A stretch of 64,000 nt of DNA. It comes from Octopus sinensis. Lineage: Eukaryota. The DNA lies in NCBI RefSeq assembly GCF_006345805.1, contig NC_042999.1:130634001-130698000 (forward strand). Direction: 5' to 3'. Below are positions 25,080 through 37,452 of this stretch, in pieces. The notes below the pieces were generated by a model. It ran no database searches, was not told the origin of the DNA, and saw nothing but the letters and a program-made list of their open reading frames with translations. A program made the translations under genes and the position numbers. How positions within the stretch are numbered: position 1 is the stretch's first letter; each line of letters starts with the position of its first letter.

Positions 25080-27630
25080 AATATTTGCAAAGTGAACTTC
25101 TTAAGTACATAACCATGCCTGCGCCTATGATAAATTGATCAGCTCTGTCAGTTTTAGCATTCATCCATTTTGCTCATGGGCCTGCCTTCACGAGTTTGGA
25201 AAACAGTTTTTATCTTATTACAACGTTACCCAGAGATCCTAAATCACTATACAGTTCACAAAAGATTGATCATTGAACGAATGAACGGTAATGTTTGAAG
25301 AATGACACAACTGCCCTCAGCTCATAAACGACTTACAATCATATCATGGGAACAAGTGGTACCAGATATACCCCATTCGGTTCGTACTCTCCTGGTTGCA
25401 CCCCACAAAGACATTTCCTTAATTTTCTTCGAAGTACGTTATCCAAGACATCCTTGCCTCAGTAGCTACTACATTCTGGAAAGACAATACTTCTGAAAGG
25501 GAAGATGCGTGATTCAAAGTATGAGCTATAAACGAAGTCTGTAGAATTAAGACAAGCGATAAAAACGTTTTATTTCGCAAAGCTGATGGATAGGCAACTA
25601 CAGTTTCAATTCATTTCGTAGCAAGCTATATAGATAAGAACGTTACTACAACTAAAATGCCAATTTGTCATTTCGGGTGTAGTTGTCAATTTATCATTTG
25701 TCAGCTAGCAAGTATGCTAATGAATTCCATATGATACCAAAACCGACATGACAGTACTCCTATTCTTGCGGAACCTGTTAATAATAGTGTAACACAATTT
25801 TTTGTATTTGGGTAGCAACTGTTATTCCCTATTTACCTAACCCTAGAAAGTATGAAAAATAGCTGATATTTCCTTCAAACTTTGCTTTTTTTACATTCAT
25901 TCAAACCCCAAAGAATCCCCCTCAACATATGGCTAAGGTGCTCCCCCTACTCCTGCTCATAATCAGAGATGTACAAATTGTTAGCCATTAAGGGACATGC
26001 TCAAGTGGTTTAGGTCAAACAACTGACAAACAAATATGTGGTATTCGGCAAAATATTTGCTATAACGATATTTCTGTTTCAGCAACTCAGCGCTAACTCT
26101 GTCTGAAACGTAATGAAAATAAGTCAGTTTCAAAACATTGATGTCCAGGTCACCAAAGCAAAGTTTGAAGGGAATAGTAGTCATTTCATTTGATTTCTAG
26201 ATAGAAGCAAATAAGAAATAACACTTACTGACAAAAAATTTTTTTAATAAAAATTTTGTTACACCGTATAATACTAGCAAATTTGAATCCAGATATTCTT
26301 CTCAGTGTTACCGATAAACGTGCAACACAATCACTAAAGACTTCAAATTAAGTGATCTTGCAGACAAGGGTAAAGAAATTCAGCTTTCTAGTTATAACGT
26401 AAAGCGCCTAAAAGACATTGTGAAGAGATGCAGTGTAAAAAATCTGTTTGTTGTTTTAAACTGTTCGCACGTGTCATCCAAAGGGCTATCCTTTTTTAAA
26501 TGGTCGCTCGATCGGCTAGAAACAGCAGTCAAATATCTATCAGACAACTCTGCTATATTAAGAAAGGGAAGGATGCATAGGATAATGTGGTTTTAGATAT
26601 CTCGATAGACAATAGCAGAAAATGAGATAAGAAGGTCTTGGCAGGAACATCTTTGATCATAAGTCTGTTTAATCAAGATAATTACGGTACAAGGTTTATT
26701 CACATTATTAGCTAAATTTGCATGGAAGTAAACATTGACAGTTAGATTCCAGAACAAGATTATTTTAGCAAGAACATTACCAGGCCTTTAGCCTTTAAAC
26801 CGGCCATATCCGGCCAAAATATTCTACTTGTTTTACGTTCAAATCAGATCTGGCCTCTCATACCTACGCTACAATGTTATTCTAAAAATAAGCAATCACA
26901 TCATCAAAATCGCAGAGCAACAAGTCAACGCGCGATTAATTCAAAACAATTTGAATAAATAAGCGTTACATTTGAAAGAGTATTCTGAATATTAACGAGT
27001 TATGTGACAAGGGTGCATCAACGCTACAAACATCTCTTTTCAGAAGCAGTTTGAATGTGGCCTCTCGGCTTACTGAAAGCAGCAGTCAAAATTTCTCCTA
27101 AATTACATCATACCGCCATGAAAATGGAGAACACATTGAATAAAGTCTACATAGACTATTTGAATTTTAAAACGCCCTTGCTCATAATAGCAATACCAGT
27201 TCAGTTCTGATTCTATTCAATCCGGACTGAAAAGGGGGTTAAAAAACAACTACATCAATGCTTGTCTACAAGGATTTATCTGTGATTTCGGAGGTAATTA
27301 ACGATGCAAATCAGGACTGTGTGCCATAATAACATACTTACGGAGAGAAAAAAATCTTGAATGTCACTTGGCAATATAACTTCGTTGAGGAAATCTAATA
27401 CGATCGAAACATATCTGGAGTTGTCAGCATAACCCTCAAAGATCATATTCACTCATGCCTTGCAGATCTCAACAAAAATTTCGGAGTTCTCTCCCTTGTT
27501 CCTTTTGCTAAGAATTTTCATTACTCCAACCTCACTCGAAGAAAACAAACATTTCTTCTCATTGATGAAAAATTATTTTAGGCTACCGTATTCAGTATGG
27601 TAGCCTGTACTTAATTAAAATGCATAAAAT

Positions 27631-27884
27631 GGAATGGAAGCACTCCGTCGGTTACGACGACGAGGGTTCCGGTTGATCCGAATCAACGAAACAGCCTGCT
27701 CGTGAAATTAACGTGTAAGTGGCTGAGCACTCCACAGACACGTGTACCCTTAACGTAGTTCTCGGGGATATTCAGCGTGACACAGAGAGTGACAAGGCCG
27801 GCCCTTTGAAATACAGGTACAACAGAAACAGGAAGTAAGAGTGAGAGAAAGTTGTGGTGAAAGAGTACAGCAGGGATCACCACC
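27631..27884 (-). mobile_element. 5'-truncated SINE with (CCATT) tail
   Basis: 14-bp TSD AAAATGCRTAAAAT (27617-27630 / 27885-27898). Shares CTGCTGTACTCTTTCRCCACAACTTTCTCTCACTCTT with the SINE at 37896-38210. Confidence 0.8.
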
Positions 27885-29092
27885 AAAATGCGTAAAATAG
27901 ACATAAGGCAACTGGGCTGTTATGGTTTTGACCGATGTATCTGGTGATTTACTTTTCAATGTCACATCCAGCACTTTTATTAATTGTTTCGAGGACAACA
28001 CCTATGTGATCGTTCTACATGCAAGAAATCACAACCAAAGCTCTCTCTGTGCAGTCTTTAAAAAGGAGATATTAATTGTGTTGCATTGTCCAGGATATAC
28101 TATTTGAACTGGACTATTTCACATGCCATGAAATATACCGTACGATTCTAAAATCTGTGATAGTGACGCACAGTCCTCCATTTGCGTTATTAATAACCTT
28201 GGGTATCGCAAAAATCCTTATATAGAATGATGTTTGATGTTGTTGTTTATGCACATGTTAGTCCTAATTGAGGAGACCATTTATGATTATGGCAAGAATG
28301 TCTTTGATCGTTGGTCTGTTCGCCTGGGGGTAAACAACAATAACAAGTTCAAGATCACTGATAAATAAAATGCATAAAATGAAAACAGCTTAATCGTGAT
28401 CCACAAAACTACTTGGCATACTCTTTCCTGCCCTAAGGGTAAAGACAAACGTCCTTCTAGAATTGGACTCAGTAACCACCAGTTAATACCTTGTCATCAC
28501 TTAAACAAACATCTTGGCAGGATATGTTGCTTGATTAATGATTTCTTGATGTTAATTCGTTATTTGCATACTTTAACTTGTCGACACGACTAGTAATTAT
28601 TGTTTCACTCCAGGTAGCTCTGAACGAGCAAACCCATGACCAAAAGCGTTTCAACAAAATGTGTTAAGATGTGTATTATTCAATAAACCTCCCACGCCGC
28701 ACACACATACACATACACACATCATTTTGTTTGTTTGCTTGTTTGTTAAGAAGATTAGGACGCGATTTGAGAGAAATATTGTTTCTGATTTAGGCAAGAG
28801 AACAGCAATTTTGGAGGAGTTAGCTGAGATTATAGACCACAGTATTTGACTGGTACATTATTTTATCGACCTTAAAAAAGATGAAAAGCTAAGTTGACGT
28901 TGGTAGGATTTGAACTCAGGAAGTAAAGAGCTGGAACAAATACTGCAAGGCAATTTTTTTTAAGGTCTAAACAGTTCTGCCAGCTTCGCGATCCTTGAAG
29001 AAAGACATATAGTTGTGATTTCTAGTAGAGCTAAGCAAACCGCGTGGAGGCTCCTCTGTTGGTGTTAGAAGTAGGAGTTGTTTCCCTTAGCT

Positions 29093-29481
29093 GGGCGGAG
29101 TGTGAGAAAACGTGGAAGGCGGGGCTTCGTATGGAACAGTAGTCTCACTCTTTCTCAGAGCTGCTTTTTTTGTTTTGTTTTGTGTTGTTTTGTATTTATT
29201 TTGTGAAGTAACTGAAAAAGAAATAAATACGGTAGAACATGCTAATAAGCAGATACAGATAAACCTTAAACAAATCAATATCTAGATATTGGAGAAAGTA
29301 GTAAATAGGAAAAGAAAAGATATACATAGTAAACAGCATTTGCATCGTTTAGAACAAATGCACTGGCTATAAAAAGTGTTGTAGTAACACGAGCTTTTTC
29401 TGTACACATCAGTGATGTAACAGGATTAGAAGTGAACAGAGAAAGAAAACAGAATATCACATTGAAAGCTTGGTGGTAAGT
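29093..29481 (+). promoter_or_regulatory. candidate GC-box promoter, non-coding first exon and 5' splice donor
   Basis: GGGCGG (29093-29098) and AGGCGGGGC (29117-29125) are followed by repeat-free sequence ending in TG/GTAAGT (donor at 29476). Motif evidence only. Confidence 0.35.
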
Positions 29482-30572
29482 CAATGCCTTATTCTTAACC
29501 TTTGCGCCACACAGTGTTCTGTGTTTATTATTTTATATTAGCTTTTCGCCGTATTTCCTACATCTCGGTGAGATATTCAGCTGTTTCGTAATATGTCCAG
29601 AAGAGAAAGAGAGAGTGAGAGGGAGAGAGGTGGGGAGAGAACTTAAAACCGGCTGCTGTGTAGATTGTGTAAGAAGGAAACTAAAATTATAACCTTCATA
29701 CCACCACTACTTAAAACTTTAAACCCACTTTCTCAGCACAACACACGTTCTGTCTGTCCCTCTCTCTTTTATTATTAGCACTTTGTGTTATATTAGTCAA
29801 TTTTTTAAACCCTCTCTTGTCCACCTTCCCGGACTTGAATTCTTGCCTATCACCGATCAAATAGATCTCCATTATTAACTTACACTTTCCTTTGTTATTA
29901 TGTAATTACCTCGTTGCCTTTTGTTTATCTTATTTGTATTTCCACCATTCTCGTTCTATTCTACACTCTCTTTATGAATGTTGTGCTTTTCATTTACACA
30001 AATCATTTACTATTTATGTGCTTGAGTGTATTCCTGCATGCTGTGTTTATAAGTGCGTTTGCAAACGTCGTATGTATGTATGATTATTACACACATATTT
30101 TTCAGAGAAAGTAGGCGACATATGTCTTTCGTACAAAGAAAATGTTGCAATGTTATTGTTTATAACACGTTGTTAACTAACAACCGCTTCGAGGCTTATA
30201 TACACTTTCACTCACGTAAACTACTTACACGCGTCCTCGCACGTTTATGCACTAACGAATGTGTAAGAAAAGGATGCGATGGTCCCGTCCGGAACGGCTT
30301 TTGGTCATAGGTCTGCTTGAACAGGGCTGACTTGAGGCTTAAAAAACAACAAACCATGTATGTATTATTTCTGAATTGTGCCGATAATTTTTGTGTCGTG
30401 TTTGTCTTCGTTTATTATATATAATTATTATTAAACTCAATAACATTCAGTCTTCGATTCCAACATCTGATACGTATACTCGGCGATCCTACGGGTAAGC
30501 CTTTACACGACCGTTTGGCCTGCTAGAAATAGCAACCAAATTTCCCATAAAATCACATGCTATTATCTTAAA

Positions 30573-30641
<69 letters not shown>

Positions 30642-31336
30642 GAAATGCATTTGATCATAGATCTGATTAGTGAAAAGTGCTCTGTAGCTGAAGAACAACT
30701 GTGTGCGTGCATGCGTGCGTACGTGCGTCGTGTGTGCGTGCGTGCGGACGTGCGTACGACGTGCGTACGTGCGCGCGCGCGCGTGTTTTGTGTGTTATAT
30801 TAATGCACATATTTATATAAATACACATATGCACGCATGTAACTTTTCCCTTCGTTAGAATTTATTATTTTGACTGACTGCCTGCTCAAGAGCAATGATA
30901 TAGGGGGAAAACAGGGTGGAGGAGTCTTTGTTACGTTGTCCTGCCGATTTTTATAACTCCAGATGTGATCGCATATGAGTCAAGTAATTTACTATTTTTC
31001 GATAAATTCAAGCCATTCTTTTGTGTACGTGTATGTATTTATTTATATGTATGTATTTATTTATATGGGTGCGTAAGATCGCATAATGCCATATGGGGGT
31101 TCTCTGCTTGGTCGCTCAACCAGCAGAAATAACAGTCAGGTCTACTTTAACTCACTGGTTACCGAACAAGGAAGTATCTTAAACAGAAAGGATAGTCATA
31201 GCTAGAAGACCTTTGATAGTGGGTCAGCTTGCATGTCAGCTAGACACACATATACACACATATACACATGCACACACACACATATATATATATATATGTG
31301 ATATTTATCTATTTATCTGTGTATGTGTGTGTGTGT

Positions 31337-31383
<47 letters not shown>

Positions 31384-31395
31384 TGTGTGTGTGTG

Positions 31396-31964
31396 TGTGA
31401 CGACTTAACAATGAGTCTTGAGAGACAGTTACGTGTCATGGGTTTACCAGGATTGACTCAAGGTACCGGCAACTCGGGCAGTCGCCCGGGGCGCCTTGTA
31501 CTAGAGGGCAGCTAGGAGGAGGTGACAAAGACAAGGAAATTTCCACGACCGCCAGCTTGTACACGCCGAAATTCAGCTTGCCTGTGGCGCCAGAAACCCT
31601 TGGGCCAGCCTTGGGGGTTTGCACGTGTCGTCACGGTCACAGTCCTTATCAATTCTTATTCGGAATTTCCGCTTTGCGAGATGAGTCAGAGGACAATCCC
31701 CGCTCTACATTTGGCTCGAGTTATACTTCTCGATGCTCTTACTACCACCAACTACATTACCAATTGTATTGGACGCATTTTATCATTGAAACCCCATTGG
31801 AGAGATTAAGCCTCAACAAATCTAGACTAAGTGTTCTCTCTATCCTACGTTCTCTTCGCTCGGACGCTAACCGTTTCAAACTCTGTATTGAATGCATTTT
31901 ACTGTAGCACCAGCTCTAGTGAGGTTGAAACCTTCAAAACTCCTTACTACTCTACGTTGTCACT
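31396..31964. mobile_element. candidate solo LTR
   Basis: Inverted termini TGTGACGAC ... GTTGTCACT around a GC-richer ~570-bp block; no clear TSD. Confidence 0.4.
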
Positions 31965-33051
31965 GTTCAGGGTAAAGTGACTGATAAAGTGAGTCGGTGA
32001 AAGGGTGATTGCAAACGAAAAACTAAGGTAAGGAAGAGCAAAATATGATGGGGAAACAGAGTTTGTGTGGTTACGGTGTAGAAAAGGAAGGAGAATTGGG
32101 CGACATACTACTAGGAATAATGGAATAGAAACATTAGTGGAATGATGTAATGGAGGAAAGACTGCAAATGACGAGAGAAATAAAAGAAAGAAAGAAAGAA
32201 AGAAAGAAAGAATGAAAGAAAGAAAATCAATACTGGCAAGTGAATGCTTGGTGGTAAGGGTGTGTAATTGTTGTCAACGGCAAGTGATCTGGGGAAGAGC
32301 AGCTAGCAGTACAGGAGAGTAATGTTAATGGGTAGGACAGAGTGTGAGTGATGACAGTCATGGGAAGGGATGATGTTCAGAGCGAGATGAATGCTTATAA
32401 GGGGTAAAAACTATGCGTGTGTGAGTGTGTAAGAGAAAGAGAGAGAGAGGGGGAGTGAGGGAAGGGAGAGAGGGACTTGCAGTACAGAAGGCGACATGGA
32501 AGGTGTATCGTATATCAATAGAATTGATGCAATTGCTCGTTACTCGGGCATCGTGACGGGAGAAAGATAGGGTTGGATAAAGGGGGGTAGTGGTGGTGAT
32601 GGTGGGGAATTGAGTATAGAGAGAACTAGAATCATTCCTCATTTAATGAACGGTATTGTTCGGTAAAGAGAGGGAAAGGGAAAAAAAAACTGATCGAAAG
32701 ATAAGAGGGTATCGAATAGGTAAGAGAGGCAGGAGAAGGAGACTTAGCAGGTCTAGAATGCGCGAAAAAGACCAGACGTGGATATATCTGTTAGATATCG
32801 CAGTTTTCATAACCACCCCCGTTTTAGCGTACGTTTAGCTTTGTTTGCATGAGTGATAGGATCAACTGTATCCTAGCTTAGTCTTCACCGCTTCATCTCT
32901 CTTTCGTCAGCTTCAAGGGCTCGCTGCTTTTCTGTATAGTTATAATTTTCCATATGCGTCATATGGCTTACCAGCCCAGTCCTCTTCCGTGCATATTACA
33001 TCTGATTCGTCTTGCATCCAGTTTATTATTATTATTATTATTATTATTATT

Positions 33052-33342
33052 GTTTATGGGTTTTTCTTCTTCTTTCAAATTTGCTTCCATTTCTTGCTGA
33101 GTGTCTTCCCGACTCCTAGGGCAAAGAAACTCATAGTATACATTGGTAGGCCATTAAACTAAACTCACTAGTTCGTTCATCTTTTTTTTTTTTGATAGAA
33201 ATAAAGTTAAATTAAAATACATGGGTAGTAATAGTTCTCACATCGACAATGCTCTTCTCAATACGTGTGATGTACCAGTTAAGACAATCTTTTGCACTTC
33301 TTGCAGGGAAGGTAAGCCAGGGATCATTCTCATATAATTTTC
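33052..33342 (-). mobile_element. 3' end of an R4/Dong-type (RLE) non-LTR retrotransposon
   Basis: Minus strand 33238-33342 encodes ENYMRMIPGLPSLQEVQKIVLTGTSHVLRRALSM*, the typical QK.VL.GT..ILR..L C-terminus. A 3' UTR and (TAA)n follow, and the insertion sits within (TAA)n. Confidence 0.8.
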
Positions 33343-33353
33343 GTATTATTATT

Positions 33354-33426
<73 letters not shown>

Positions 33427-33427
<1 letters not shown>

Positions 33428-33892
33428 GAGTGAGAGAGCAGTGCATGCCATCTAAGTGACACTGGGGTAAAATATACGAAGCCCAGTATACCCATCATGA
33501 CTATCCGTCTGATAAGGGTACGCCAGGCACATGCATCACAACCATATGTACGCGACATGGTGATCTCATATCAAGATAAACAGCACGTGACCTTGCAGGT
33601 GGGGCCCAGTTAGAATTTTCTTCTGGTCGAGTAACCCACCCCGCTCAAAAGGTCCCTGAATAAGAGTTGTTTAAGAATGTTGAACGAAACACGCATGTTT
33701 CCAGATGTGAATTATTCAAACCCCAAAGAATCCCTCTCAACACATGGCTATGATGCTCCCCCACTACTTCTGCTCGTGATCAGAGACGCACATATCGTCA
33801 GCCACTAAGGGACATGCTCAACTGTTTAAGGTCAAACAACTGACAAGCAAATCTGTGGTATTGAGCGAATGTTTGCTGTAGCCCATCAGGGC

Positions 33893-33893
<1 letters not shown>
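33427..33893 (-). mobile_element. (AAT)n-embedded non-coding repeat (same family as 6724-7090)
   Basis: Reverse complement of the 6.7-kb copy, flanked by (ATT)n on both sides; internal ~90-bp deletion between CATC microhomologies. Confidence 0.8.
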
Positions 33894-33968
<75 letters not shown>

Positions 33969-34229
33969 TATTATTATTATTATTATTATTTGCTCTAATG
34001 TTTTTGCACATCCAGCTGAACATGTTCACTTCAATTCTTTCTAGTCTCCTCAAATCCTTTACTTAAACAATTATGGTTCCAAAAGTATTGTCTGCATAGG
34101 CAGACACCATTCTTGCACATGAATTTCAGCAATAACGATTTCCAGTTGTCCTGGCTAAAAGTCTTTCTCCTTTTTTTCCCCCAAAACATTTGCTTTCTCT
34201 ACAAACACTCGGAACTCCTGCGTACTCCC

Positions 34230-34575
34230 ACACCCCATCTCAGAAGAAACTCCATCAACTTTGCAGCCATCTTTCCTATTTCTCAACAATGATGGCTTCG
34301 TGAAAAGTATCTTTATGCTACATCACTCTCCGGCCAATCTCCTCCAAATCTAGCACTTCTAAGGCAATGGAAATAGCCGTTAGTAATAACGTTCTCCATC
34401 AGCTTGAATTTCTCTGTTTCCTCAATGGCCACCAACATGGCTTCTGCACAGCAAAGATCCATTGGAAATGTGTACTCTTATGTCATTTACCAGTGTTTTT
34501 TTTTTTACTTTTGGGAAGTTAGTGAAAACGATGTTGTTGCTCTAATCATCAACAGCGCCTTCGACTGGATCTGCG
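34230..34575 (+). pseudogene. LINE (CR1/Jockey-like) reverse transcriptase remnant
   Basis: RPISS..SKAMEIAV...HQHGF / RSIGN / VVALIINSAFDWI resemble the N-terminal RT motifs (RPIS, QHGF, ALD..KAFD). Confidence 0.55.
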
Positions 34576-34758
34576 AATCTCCTAAAGAAACTTACGAGCT
34601 CACAAGCATTGATCAAGCTGAAGCTATTATAGAAGACGCTTGCCCGAGGTGCCGCGCAGTAGGATTGGATCTGAAATCTTGTAACAAAGCAAAATTTTTA
34701 ACCACATAGTCACGCTTCGCGTCTGTCTCTATGTATGTATGTACGTGTGCGTGCGTGC

Positions 34759-34833
<75 letters not shown>

Positions 34834-35142
34834 GGTGTCAAATGGGCAGAGTCGATAGAGCATCGAATAGAATGCCATTCAGGAAACATTCCGGCTCTCT
34901 GCATACTGAGTTTCAATTTTGGCTTTCATCTTCTTGGGTTCGGTAAATATTGTGCGTTCTGAGTTGAAATCCCGCCTCCTGTAACATCGGTTCCTTTCGA
35001 AACCGTCGGAAAATGATGACCGGTTTAGGATGTCTTTAGCAAATGCCGAAGTATTTCAACTGATTTTTTTCAATTTCTGTATAGTAATGTGAAGGGACTT
35101 TGAAGTCCTGTGCACTTATATATAAATATACATACATACATA

Positions 35143-36436
35143 CGAGGGGCGTTCAATAAGTAATGCCCCTGACCCACTTCCCATAGCAGTAGAGCAACGA
35201 AACTTGGCACAGTTATTAGTCTTTTTCTACATAGGAACCACCCAGAGTTACGCATTTCTCCCATCGTTTGATGCAGCTCTGGAGACCGTTTTTGTAGAAG
35301 ACCCCAGCTTGGTCCTCCAACCACGACGTGACTTCAGAAATCAAGGCTGCATCATCTGGGAAACGCTTTCCTTTCAAAAACAACTTCATGGCTGGGAAGA
35401 GGTGAAAATCAGAGGGTGCAAGGTCAGGAGAGTAGGGGGGATGGGGGAGGAGTTCATAGCCGCACGCCTGTGCTTCTGATCTGGCGACACGCGAGTTGTG
35501 GACCGGAGCGTTGTCCTGCAAGAGGAGGATGCCTTTGCTGATCTTGCCCCGCCTCTTGATTTTGATAGCTTCTCTTAATTTCCTCAAAAGTGAAGCATAA
35601 TAGGCTCCTGTAATTGTGGTACCCTTTGCCAGGAAATCTGTCATCACTACTCCGTCCTGGTCCCAGAAGACTGTGAGCATGACCTTGCCAGCGGAGGGCT
35701 GCACCCTTGCCTTCTTTGGAGGAGGTGAGTCACGGTGCTTCCATTGCATTGACTGGGCTTTGGTCTCTGGATCATAGTGATGGACCCAGGTTTCATCCCG
35801 TGTAATCAGTCTTTTGAAAAATTTTGACTCATCTTCTTGGCACATCTCCAAATTCGTCCTCGAGCACTCGACGCGTTCTTGCTTCTGGAAAGGTGTGAGC
35901 AACCTGGGAATCCATCTGACAGACACCTTTTGCATATGCAAATGGTCATGAATGATAGTTTCCACAGACCCGGTACTAATCTTGACCTCATGGGCTATTT
36001 GGCGAATAGTTATGCGTCGATGTTCCAAAATGGCAGCCTCAACTTGACGGACAGATGCCTCATCAATGGCAGAAGGGGGACGACCAGATCTGGGAGCTGT
36101 TTCCACAGAGTTCCGACCACGTTTGAATTCACAATGCCAGCGTTTTACAAGGTCATATGATGGGGGCATCATCACCATAAGTTACTCATTTCATCAAAAG
36201 TCTCCCGTGGTGTGCGTCCTTTCAAATACACAAAAACCGGATCACTGCTCGACACTCAACAGGCTCCATTTCACACTTGACTCAGTTCAAACACCTGTAA
36301 ATCAGAAACCACAATTAGTTCAGAGCTGTAATTTTCCACTTAATCTATAGAGATATAAATAATTGCACATGCAAACTTTCAGCTAGATCAAACAACTGCA
36401 ATTGGGTCAGAGGCATTACTTATTGAACGCCCCTCG
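35143..36436 (-). mobile_element. mariner transposon, near-intact (irritans-like)
   Basis: TA TSD and ~34-bp TIRs CGAGGGGCGTTCAATAAGTAATGCCYCTGACCCA at both ends; 1294 bp, inserted in (TACA)n. Confidence 0.97.
35216..36178 (-). CDS. mariner D,D34D transposase (true start probably ATG 36269, N-terminus frameshifted)
   Basis: PRSGRP, WIPRLL, ITRDETW, QDNAPVH and HPPYSPDLAPSD are present, with 34 residues between the 2nd and 3rd D. Upstream MEPVECRAVIRFL..KGRTPRETFDEM..TYGDDAP can be recovered with three small indels. Confidence 0.93.
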   Translation of the reverse strand: MVMMPPSYDLVKRWHCEFKRGRNSVETAPRSGRPPSAIDEASVRQVEAAILEHRRITIRQIAHEVKISTGSVETIIHDHLHMQKVSVRWIPRLLTPFQKQERVECSRTNLEMCQEDESKFFKRLITRDETWVHHYDPETKAQSMQWKHRDSPPPKKARVQPSAGKVMLTVFWDQDGVVMTDFLAKGTTITGAYYASLLRKLREAIKIKRRGKISKGILLLQDNAPVHNSRVARSEAQACGYELLPHPPYSPDLAPSDFHLFPAMKLFLKGKRFPDDAALISEVTSWLEDQAGVFYKNGLQSCIKRWEKCVTLGGSYVEKD

Positions 36437-36569
36437 TACATACATACATTCATACATACATACATTCATACATACGTATGTACGTACGTACATACATACA
36501 TAGATACATACATACGTATGTACATACATACATACATACATACATACATACATACATACATACATAGGT

Positions 36570-36702
36570 ATATATTTACAGGATGTTAAATATATATCCG
36601 GTCACAGAGTGAACAATGGTTTCACGACCATAAACAGCTTAGCTTTATAGACAACTCGCCAGACTTCAATGGCCGCGAGCATTTACTTCATGTAAATATA
36701 TT
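36570..36702 (+). mobile_element. short Penelope-pLTR-like fragment with degenerate G3-C8 hammerhead
   Basis: Terminal inverted ~21-mers ATATATTTACAGGATGTTAAAT / ATTTACTTCATGTAAATATAT; internal GTGAACA-A-TGGT..ACCA-TAAAC-AGCT. Confidence 0.4.
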
Positions 36703-36801
36703 ACTCTTCTAACTTTTAGAGAGTGCTCTTTTCGGATATGGGATCCACTGATGTATATATATATATGTGTTTATATATATATTATATATATATATATATA
36801 A

Positions 36802-36867
<66 letters not shown>

Positions 36868-36869
36868 TA

Positions 36870-36921
<52 letters not shown>

Positions 36922-36926
36922 TATGT

Positions 36927-36968
<42 letters not shown>

Positions 36969-37030
36969 ACATTATTGGTGAATGAAGAAATGGAGCTGAA
37001 CGCAGATTGAACAGAAATCGTTTTATTTCA

Positions 37031-37108
37031 TTCTACACGTGTTTCGAAAGGCACAAATTACCAAAATCCGATTGAATAATGGGACTATTGTGTCTTTCTC
37101 TTCAGGAA
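37031..37108 (-). ncRNA. minimal hammerhead ribozyme (left arm)
   Basis: Minus strand: TTC-CTGAAGA-GAAAGACACAA...TTGTGCCTTTC-GAAAC-ACGT-GTA-GAA, with palindromic ACACGTGT. Confidence 0.8.
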
Positions 37109-37373
37109 GAAAAAGGAAATCCGTTGGAAAAAAACAAAAACAGAAAAGAGGAGGCGGAGCAAAAAACAAATCGAACTGTGCTCCTAAGAGCCCATGGCGA
37201 AACTTATGGGAGTTTGAACAGAGGCGGAGCAAAAAACAAATCGAACTGTGCTCCTAAGAAGCCCATGGCGAAACTCATGGGAGTTTCGCCATGGGCTCTT
37301 AGGAGCACAGTTCGATTTGTTTTTTGCTCCGCCTCTGTTATGTTTTTGTTTTTCCAACGGATTTCCTTTTTTC

Positions 37374-37452
37374 TTCCTGAAGAGAAAGACACAATATGGT
37401 CCCATTATTCAATCGGATTTGGTAATTTGTGCCTTTCGAAACACGGGTAGAA
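37374..37452 (+). ncRNA. minimal hammerhead ribozyme (right arm)
   Basis: CTGAAGA at 37377-37383, an 11-bp stem II (one mismatch), GAAAC at 37438-37442, GUA cleavage after 37449 and AATAAA just downstream. Confidence 0.8.

Noticed and set aside
27655-27702. CGACGA..GTTGAT/ATCAAC-GAAAC motif in a SINE tail
   Set aside because: Core, helix III and stem I do not assemble into a hammerhead.
33655-33705. CTGAATA...GAAACACGCATGTTTC in the AAT-embedded repeat
   Set aside because: G8 is missing, and there is no stem I or convincing stem II; simply a hairpin.
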